Shown piece after piece: positions 1-3,133 of a stretch of 3,133 nucleotides of DNA. Within the stretch, counting starts at the first letter, position 1. Every line of letters begins with the position of its first letter. The notes beneath the pieces were generated by a model. The model was not told the DNA's origin. It made no database searches and was given only the letters and a program-made list of their open reading frames with translations. The stretch lies in NCBI RefSeq assembly GCF_057098645.1, contig NZ_JBXSPU010000007.1; one strand, written 5' to 3'. The position numbers and the translations under genes were made by a program. The stretch comes from a plasmid.

Positions 1-189
1 GATTGTATTGTTTATCGCATTACGCAGAGCAACCTCAATCATCTGGACAAGACAAAAAAAATCGCCAGACAGATCTTGGTAGGCAACGTATGCCCCAACC
101 TTTTCTTGATCAGTAGCGCACCCAAGAAATGTTTCATAGAAAGATAATCTTGGTACAGAAATTGAGCTAATTAAACTTGTTGTATCCAT
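1..189 (-). CDS. Abi_2 (AbiD/AbiF-type) HEPN abortive-infection protein, N-terminal 63 codons. The ORF leaves the window at position 1 and continues in frame at 3133.
   Basis: Minus-strand ATG at 189..187, with an in-frame TGA 9 nt upstream, so this is the first possible start. A weak GTGAG Shine-Dalgarno sits 5 nt upstream. My translation is MDTTSLISSISVPRLSFYETFLGCATDQEKVGAYVAYQDLSGDFFCLVQMIEVALRNAINNTI, with no stop before position 1. The pattern (S..RL..Y, then a hydrophobic stretch, then E-V-A-L-R-N-A-I) matches the N-terminal conserved block of Abi_2 family proteins as I recall it. The ORF track missed it because it has no stop inside the window. Confidence 0.8.
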   Translation of the reverse strand, partial: MDTTSLISSISVPRLSFYETFLGCATDQEKVGAYVAYQDLSGDFFCLVQMIEVALRNAINNTI

Positions 190-290
190 GAAAACTCACT
201 TATCTCTTTACTATGAATATTTTTCAGACTACCATTACAACATTCGAGGAGCAGGCGAACTACCGTTTTTCTGTGTACCTCTAGAGCGTA

Positions 291-338
291 AAATATAACA
301 AAAAAGCCCACTACAGAGTGGGCTTTTTTGTTATATTT
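291..338. terminator. Bidirectional intrinsic terminator-like hairpin with a 22-bp perfect stem
   Basis: aaatataacaaaaaagcccact (291..312) is the exact reverse complement of agtgggcttttttgttatattt (317..338), with loop acag. The GC core gcccact/agtgggc is flanked by A6 on one side and T6 on the other, so it looks like a terminator on both strands. It lies about 100 nt upstream of the abi start codon on the minus strand. Confidence 0.7.
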
Positions 339-343
339 ATCTA

Positions 344-376
344 TATGAAACAACCAGTTATAGTTATTGTTTCATA
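344..376. repeat. Second hairpin next to the terminator (10-bp perfect stem, 13-nt loop)
   Basis: tatgaaacaa (344..353) is the exact reverse complement of ttgtttcata (367..376). The loop is ccagttatagtta. The function is unknown. Confidence 0.5.
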
Positions 377-430
377 ATAAGAATTGAATACTCTTCACAA
401 TCCACAACATCAGAAAATACTTTGCTGCCA

Positions 431-458
431 ATTTACCATAACTCCCCTTACGCGCACC
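431..458 (-). other. XerC/XerD core recombination site (11-6-11 layout)
   Basis: The reverse complement of 431..458 is GGTGCGCGTAA GGGGAG TTATGGTAAAT. That gives a XerC arm, a 6-bp central region and a XerD arm identical to the ColE1 cer XerD arm. Confidence 0.85.
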
Positions 459-558
459 GCTAAAACGCGCTGAACGCGATTCTGCCGCAAACACCGCAAA
501 AAGAGATGTTTTACCCAGTGAAAACCGGAAAAATGCGTCAGGACCGTTTTCAGCTCAC

Positions 559-573
559 TGCATAGCTATGCAT
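559..573. promoter_or_regulatory. ArgR (ARG box)-like palindrome in the cer accessory region
   Basis: tgcatagctatgcat is a perfect 15-bp palindrome resembling the ColE1 cer ARG box (TGCATAGGTATTCATA). It lies about 100 bp from the XerC arm, the expected spacing. Confidence 0.55.
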
Positions 574-647
574 GAAAGTGAATGGCGATCGGTTTGGGGC
601 CTTACGGCGTTCATACCGTCTGTTTTCGACAGTTTCTCTCCGGGAAG

Positions 648-971
648 CTAATCTGCCATAAGCCTGGATAACAGGGCCCGGTGATACTCCGTAATAGCGA
701 TCAGCACCTCCGCATACTCTCTGTCCCCGACACGCTTGCCGTCGATAAAGAGTTTTTTCTGTAACGCCCCCAGTCTCATAACTTCTTTCAGTACCCGATC
801 ATCAGTCAGTGAGTTAACTTTCTTACCGAGAGCTGCCGCCCGTAAAAAACCGGAAACGGTCTTGCCGCATTCAGCAGCCCTTTTTCTGATTTCCTGGTCT
901 TCTTCTGCCGTCAGACGAACAGGGCGACTGATAGCCCGCCTGCGCGTATTACTTCCACTTCGTTTTGTCAT
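648..971 (-). CDS. mobC: MobC-family ribbon-helix-helix relaxosome accessory (mobilisation) protein, 107 aa
   Basis: This lies inside the tracked ORF 648..1061. I place the start at the ATG 971..969 (MTKRSGSNTRRRAISRPVRLTAEEDQEIRKRAAECGKTVSGFLRAAALGKKV...), which has a GGAG 9 nt upstream. The longer start would run through the oriT inverted repeat. R.V.LT.EE......A...G.S.S.FLR.AALG is the classic MobC/RHH N-terminal pattern. Confidence 0.8.
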   Translation of the reverse strand: MTKRSGSNTRRRAISRPVRLTAEEDQEIRKRAAECGKTVSGFLRAAALGKKVNSLTDDRVLKEVMRLGALQKKLFIDGKRVGDREYAEVLIAITEYHRALLSRLMAD

Positions 972-992
972 AAAACATGGCTCCGTATCTGA

Positions 993-1075
993 CATGGGGT
1001 GTCGGGGCGAAGCCCTGACCAGGGTAATTGTAATAGCGCGCATGTATGCGCGGTATAACAATTACACATCCTGTC
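993..1075. other. oriT: bom/oriT-like region. The nick site is not assigned.
   Basis: ggggtgtcggggcgaagccctgacc (about 996..1020) parallels the pBR322/pMB1 bom segment gggtgtcggggcgcagccatgaccc as I recall it. It is followed by an imperfect inverted repeat and a gtataac...ttac stretch reminiscent of the gtatactggctta nick region. It sits directly 5' of mobC, the usual oriT position. Confidence 0.5.
1024..1065. repeat. Imperfect inverted repeat in oriT (20-nt arms, 18/20 complementary, 2-nt spacer)
   Basis: gtaattgtaatagcgcgcat (1024..1043), spacer gt, atgcgcggtataacaattac (1046..1065). It is likely a relaxosome recognition hairpin and/or the mobC operator. Confidence 0.8.
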
Positions 1076-1208
1076 CTGTCAGCAAGTTCGAATTACCGAC
1101 AAAGGCACGGCAGTTTTTTGGCAGTGACAGTATTGTCAGGCAGAAATGCCCGTCAAAGAGTCAGACGACAGAATACCGGCGGCAAAACTGTCGAAAAGTG
1201 GTACGCGA

Positions 1209-1214
1209 TATAAT
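1209..1214 (+). promoter_or_regulatory. Possible -10 element of the rom promoter
   Basis: A perfect TATAAT lies about 42 nt upstream of the rom ATG. I found no convincing -35 at 16-18 bp spacing. Confidence 0.35.
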
Positions 1215-1255
1215 CACACGACGCAGATGACAGACAGAACGGAGAAAACAGAAAG

Positions 1256-1450
1256 ATGAACAAGCAGCAGCAAACCGCACTTAACATGGCAAAATTCATA
1301 AAAAGCCAGAGCCTGACGCTGCTCGAAAAACTGGACTCACTCGATGCTGATGCACAGGCCGCCATGTGTGAGAAACTGCACGAACTCGCAGAAGAACTCC
1401 AGAACAGCATACAGACACGCTTTGAATCGGAAAGTGGCACCGGGGAATAA
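1256..1450 (+). CDS. rom: Rom/Rop, RNA I-RNA II interaction modulator (copy-number control), 64 aa
   Basis: MNKQQQTALNMAKFIKSQSLTLLEKLDSLDADAQAAMCEKLHELAEELQNSIQTRF... is clearly collinear with ColE1 Rom (MTKQEKTALNMARFIRSQTLTLLEKLNELDADEQADICESLHDHADELYRSCLARF...). The size is right and the gene sits next to the ColE1-type origin. Confidence 0.95.
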   Translation: MNKQQQTALNMAKFIKSQSLTLLEKLDSLDADAQAAMCEKLHELAEELQNSIQTRFESESGTGE

Positions 1451-1691
1451 CAGTGTTCCTACACCAGACAGGATGCAGAACGATATACCGGTGCGTAAGG
1501 AGAAAATACCACATAAGGCGCTCTTCCGCTTCCTCGCTCACTAACTCGCTACGCTCGGTCGTTCGGCTGCGGCGAGCGGTATCAGCTCACTCAAAGACGG
1601 TAATGAGGTTATCCACAGAATCAGGGGATAACGCCAAAAGAAACATGTGAGCAAAAAACAAGAACCCGAAAAAGGCCGCGCCGGTGGCGTT

Positions 1692-2193
1692 TTTCCATAG
1701 GCTCCGCCCCCCTGACGAGCATCACAAAAATCGACGCTCAAGTCAGAGGTGGCGAAACCCGACAGGACTATAAAGATACCAGGCGTTTCCCCCTGATGGC
1801 TCCCTCGTGCGCTCTCCTGTTCCTGCCTTTCGGTTTACCGGTGTCATTCCGCTGTTATGGCCGCGTTATCTCATTCCACGCCTGACACTCAGTTCCGGGT
1901 AGGCAGTTCGCTCCAAGCTGGACTGTATGCACGAACCCCCCGTTCAGTCCGACTACTGCGCCTTATCCGGTAACTATCGTCTTGAGTCCAACCCGGAAAG
2001 GCACGACTTATCGCCATTGGCAGCAGCCACTGGTAACTGATTTAGAGGAGTTAGTCTTGAAGTTACGTGCCAGTTAAGGCTAAACTGGAAGAACAAGTTT
2101 TGGTGACTGCGCTCCTCTTAAGCCAGTTACCGAGGTTCAGAAACTTGCCGGTTGCTGAACCTTCGAAAAACCACCTTGCCGGGTGGTTTTTTC
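1692..2193 (-). ncRNA. RNAII: RNAII replication primer precursor
   Basis: The 5' end is inferred 7-8 nt downstream of the TAATCT -10, by analogy with pMB1 (gcaaacaaaaaaaccacc versus gaaaaaaccacc here). The 3' end is the RNA-DNA switch in the ggaaaaacgcc block, which is ggcgtttttcc on the plus strand around 1687..1696. Both ends are approximate to a few nt. Confidence 0.8.
2057..2086 (+). promoter_or_regulatory. RNAI promoter
   Basis: TTGAAG (2057..2062), an 18-nt spacer, then TAAACT (2081..2086). This is positionally equivalent to the pMB1 RNAI promoter TTGAAG...TACACT. Confidence 0.75.
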
Positions 2194-2195
2194 GT
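2093..2195 (+). ncRNA. RNAI: RNAI antisense copy-number/incompatibility RNA
   Basis: It starts at ACAAGTTTTGG (compare ACAGTATTTGG in pMB1 and ACAAGTTTTGG in p15A). Three stem-loops can be drawn: ggtgactg...cagttacc, aggttcag...ctgaacct, and the terminator ccacct-tgcc-gggtgg followed by T6. The 3' end is approximate. Confidence 0.85.
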
Positions 2196-2200
2196 TTTTA

Positions 2201-2229
2201 AGATTACGATGGGCGCGATATGAACTCAA
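2201..2229 (-). promoter_or_regulatory. RNAII promoter
   Basis: The minus strand reads TTGAGT (2229..2224), a 17-nt spacer, then TAATCT (2206..2201). This mirrors the pMB1 promoter TTGAGA-N17-TAATCT. Confidence 0.8.
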
Positions 2230-2299
2230 GGAAATCCGCAATTAAATTATAAAAGTTTGTGGATTAATGGAAAAACTGATGTGAATCAGCTATTTATCC

Positions 2300-2328
2300 T
2301 TAAGATTTGATGTCAGATATGGTATAAT
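2300..2328 (+). promoter_or_regulatory. Candidate sigma70 promoter with an extended -10, driving the small transcript convergent with abi
   Basis: TTAAGA (2300..2305), a 17-nt spacer, then TGgTATAAT with a perfect TATAAT at 2323..2328. It lies in AT-rich intergenic DNA between the RNAII promoter and the abi 3' end. Confidence 0.5.
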
Positions 2329-2401
2329 TAACCATTCAAATAGATGGAATAAAAAGTCAACGCTGCCATTAGAACGGCATAAGAAATAGAGGATTATGAA
2401 A

Positions 2402-2545
2402 ATGAATACTAAAGTTCTTTTTGTGAAAAAAGCCTTGAAATCAATTACTTGCGCAATTCTTTCGCTCTTACCGGCTTTAAGTCGCGCAGTAACAGAGTTA
2501 CGTAGCCTTTCGGCTGCGCGACTTAAAGCCGGTAAGAGCTTTTGA
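2402..2545 (+). CDS. Hypothetical 47-aa basic peptide (49 aa if translation starts at the ATG at 2396). Coding status is doubtful.
   Basis: AGAGGA (2388..2393) lies 8 nt upstream of the ATG at 2402. Translation: MNTKVLFVKKALKSITCAILSLLPALSRAVTELRSLSAARLKAGKSF, stop TGA at 2543..2545. Against coding: more than half the ORF is occupied by a perfect 26-bp inverted repeat. It falls below the size cutoff of the supplied ORF track. Confidence 0.25.
   Translation: MNTKVLFVKKALKSITCAILSLLPALSRAVTELRSLSAARLKAGKSF
2464..2539. repeat. Perfect 26-bp inverted repeat with a 24-nt spacer that can itself form two mini-hairpins (Y-shaped or three-way junction)
   Basis: gctcttaccggctttaagtcgcgcag (2464..2489) is the exact reverse complement of ctgcgcgacttaaagccggtaagagc (2514..2539). 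The spacer taacagagttacgtagcctttcgg contains taac-aga-gtta and (a)gcc-tttc-ggc(t). It lies 30 nt beyond the abi stop codon. Confidence 0.9.
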
Positions 2546-2569
2546 TTGTATCACATTTTTCCTTAAAAG

Positions 2570-3133
2570 TCAACCGGCTACCTTAAGCTCCCTGCACTTA
2601 ATCCTCCCTATAATCCCCATAACATACTCTATCGTGCAGCGTTCATAAAAGCGCCTATCGTGCCCAATAAACTCAATAAGTTCCTTTTTCTCGTTAGAGA
2701 CGATACTCAAGGCATTCATTAAAAAATTGAACTCTTTCAACATATTATTTATGGCTTGACTATGCGACTTGCAGTGGTGTTTTTTCCAAATAGGCTCATG
2801 GTGAAAAAGTCGATTCCTAAACAAAAGAACTTTATGAAACTCGTCAAACAACGCTTTAACCTTCATATCCCCCCCACCCAAAGGATTCTTCGCATGAGGA
2901 AATGTTTTTGCCTTGTTCTCTGGAGTCCAGATGTAGCACGGCCTTTGCGTATCCCTATATGGGGCATCTAACATATAAACCCAAAAGCCAAAGGTTAGAC
3001 GGCAAATAACATCATCATCCGTATACCTTACGCCACACTCATCTAGCGCTTTTTGTTTCGCATTTAAAACAAGATCCTGAGATTTCTTTGTTTGAGGTAT
3101 AGAGTCGTACCAAGCAGGCCCATGATTAGCTTT
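2570..3133 (-). CDS. Abi_2 (AbiD/AbiF-type) HEPN abortive-infection protein, C-terminal 187 codons plus stop. This is the continuation of 189..1 across the circular junction.
   Basis: The tracked ORF 2570..2974 stays open upstream to the window edge: 53 further stop-free codons starting exactly at 3133 (KANHGPAWYDSIPQTKKSQDLVLNAKQKALDECGVRYTDDDVICRLTFGFWVY, then MLDAPYRD...). It contains LTFGFW and FRNRLFHHEPIW (RNRLFH encoded at 2818..2801). That is the Rx4H HEPN-type motif and the RN..aHHe.iW signature typical of Abi_2. The stop codon TGA is at 2572..2570. Confidence 0.85.
   Translation of the reverse strand, partial: KANHGPAWYDSIPQTKKSQDLVLNAKQKALDECGVRYTDDDVICRLTFGFWVYMLDAPYRDTQRPCYIWTPENKAKTFPHAKNPLGGGDMKVKALFDEFHKVLLFRNRLFHHEPIWKKHHCKSHSQAINNMLKEFNFLMNALSIVSNEKKELIEFIGHDRRFYERCTIEYVMGIIGRIKCRELKVAG

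Larger units (their letters stand above)
431..640 (-). other. cer: cer-like plasmid multimer-resolution site (XerCD core plus accessory region)
   Basis: Read on the minus strand, the region ends ...atcgcgttcagcgcgttttagc-GGTGCGCGTAA-GGGGAG-TTATGGTAAAT. This closely parallels ColE1 cer as I recall it (...gatcgcgctgaacgcgttttagcGGTGCGTACAAttaagggaTTATGGTAAAT). An ARG-box-like palindrome lies about 100 bp on the XerC side, as in cer. The outer (640) boundary is approximate. Confidence 0.75.
1489..2229 (-). other. ori: ColE1/p15A-type replication origin region (RNAII promoter through the RNA-DNA switch, plus the conserved downstream segment)
   Basis: Long stretches are near-identical to the pMB1/p15A ori as I recall it: gcgctcttccgcttcctcgctcact..., ggcgtttttccataggctccgcccccctgacgagcatcacaaaaatcgacgctcaagtcagaggtggcgaaacccgacaggactataaagataccaggcgtttccccct, and cctgcctttcggtttaccggtgtcattccgctgttatggccgcg (p15A-like). 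The 1489..1690 segment matches the pBR322 region downstream of ori, which carries primosome assembly signals. Confidence 0.9.
2335..2545 (+). ncRNA. Candidate ~210-nt structured small transcript (ncRNA and/or micro-ORF mRNA) convergent with the abi 3' end
   Basis: It is bounded by the extended -10 promoter (TSS predicted near 2335) and by the 26-bp-stem hairpin followed by TTTTGATTGT, which is terminator-like only on the plus strand. No homology is known to me, so this call rests on signals only. Confidence 0.35.

Noticed and set aside
213-284. 23-codon plus-strand ORF (MNIFQTTITTFEEQANYRFSVYL) ending just before the terminator
   Set aside because: I could find no Shine-Dalgarno sequence and no convincing plus-strand promoter. 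It lies in the abi leader, so it is more likely non-coding.
171-353. 60-aa minus-strand ORF
   Set aside because: It spans the 22-bp terminator hairpin and overlaps the abi start in a different frame. The real gene here is the ATG at 189 reading out of the window.
736-1230. 164-aa plus-strand ORF from the track
   Set aside because: It is entirely antisense to mobC and then runs through the oriT inverted repeat. It has no Shine-Dalgarno sequence and a low-complexity S/R/L-rich translation. The opposite strand has the recognisable MobC protein.
1146-1259. 37-codon plus-strand ORF whose stop overlaps the rom ATG (ATGA)
   Set aside because: It has only a weak AGG upstream, and the candidate rom -10 lies inside it. 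It has no recognisable similarity and is possibly just rom leader sequence.
1153-1440. 95-aa minus-strand ORF
   Set aside because: It is antisense to the clearly homologous rom gene. The translation is S/C/F-rich low-complexity sequence, typical of a shadow ORF.
1296-1741. Four overlapping 65-81 aa ORFs (1296..1541-, 1344..1544+, 1453..1650+, 1541..1741-)
   Set aside because: They overlap rom or lie in the sequence conserved with the non-coding pMB1/p15A origin and RNAII region. They also overlap each other, and none has family resemblance.
399-2266. Inverted 9-mer ttgtggatt (2258..2266 plus, 399..407 minus) near both cargo edges, as possible terminal inverted repeats
   Set aside because: The match does not extend beyond 9 nt, and many inverted 9-mers are expected by chance. 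There is no transposase and there are no target duplications.
2376-2406. Possible second Xer site (ttatgaaaatg preceded by ggcataa) at the other side of the cargo
   Set aside because: Only about 7/11 positions match the XerD arm. The gcataa element would require an 11-nt central region, which is not compatible with 6-8 bp Xer cores.
2464-2539. Retron msd, integron attC or MITE interpretation of the 26-bp palindrome
   Set aside because: There is no reverse transcriptase or a1/a2 flanking repeats on the replicon. attC sites are imperfect, with extrahelical bases and RYYYAAC/GTTRRRY cores, and neither is seen here. There are no target-site duplications and almost no internal sequence for a MITE.
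2352-2574. 10-nt direct repeat aaaagtcaac (2352..2361 and 2565..2574) bracketing the small transcript
   Set aside because: A few exact 10-mer repeats are expected by chance in about 3 kb of AT-rich DNA, and the flanks do not extend the match.
2756-2971. 71-aa plus-strand ORF
   Set aside because: It is antisense to the Abi_2 coding region, across its most conserved motif. It is a shadow ORF.
1-3133. CRISPR arrays, tRNA/rRNA genes, IS elements
   Set aside because: I saw no regularly spaced direct repeats, no cloverleaf-like or rRNA-like sequence, and no transposase-like ORF in any frame.

Overview
The window reads as a complete, circularly permuted ColE1/p15A-type plasmid of about 3.1 kb. The conserved backbone spans about 431-2230. 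It carries a cer-like XerCD multimer-resolution site, a MobC-type relaxosome accessory gene with an adjacent bom/oriT-like region but no relaxase, rom/rop, and a p15A-like RNAII/RNAI origin. The rest (about 2231-3133 plus 1-430) is visibly more AT-rich and holds one substantial gene, on the minus strand: an Abi_2 (AbiD/AbiF-type) HEPN abortive-infection protein. Its ORF is cut by the window ends. Positions 189..1 (63 codons starting at an ATG) run in frame and without stops into 3133..2570, giving about 250 aa. The abi gene is flanked by two unusually long perfect hairpins. Upstream there is a 22-bp-stem bidirectional terminator next to a second 10-bp hairpin. Downstream there is a 26-bp perfect inverted repeat that ends a short convergent transcript; that transcript has an extended -10 promoter and contains an SD-preceded 47-49 codon ORF. 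The most interesting hypothesis is an AbiF-like HEPN toxin paired with a structured small RNA or micro-ORF as the only cargo of a tiny high-copy plasmid. I cannot tell from sequence alone which flank, if either, encodes the partner. The other ORFs in the six-frame track are antisense to real genes or lie inside the origin, and I consider them spurious.
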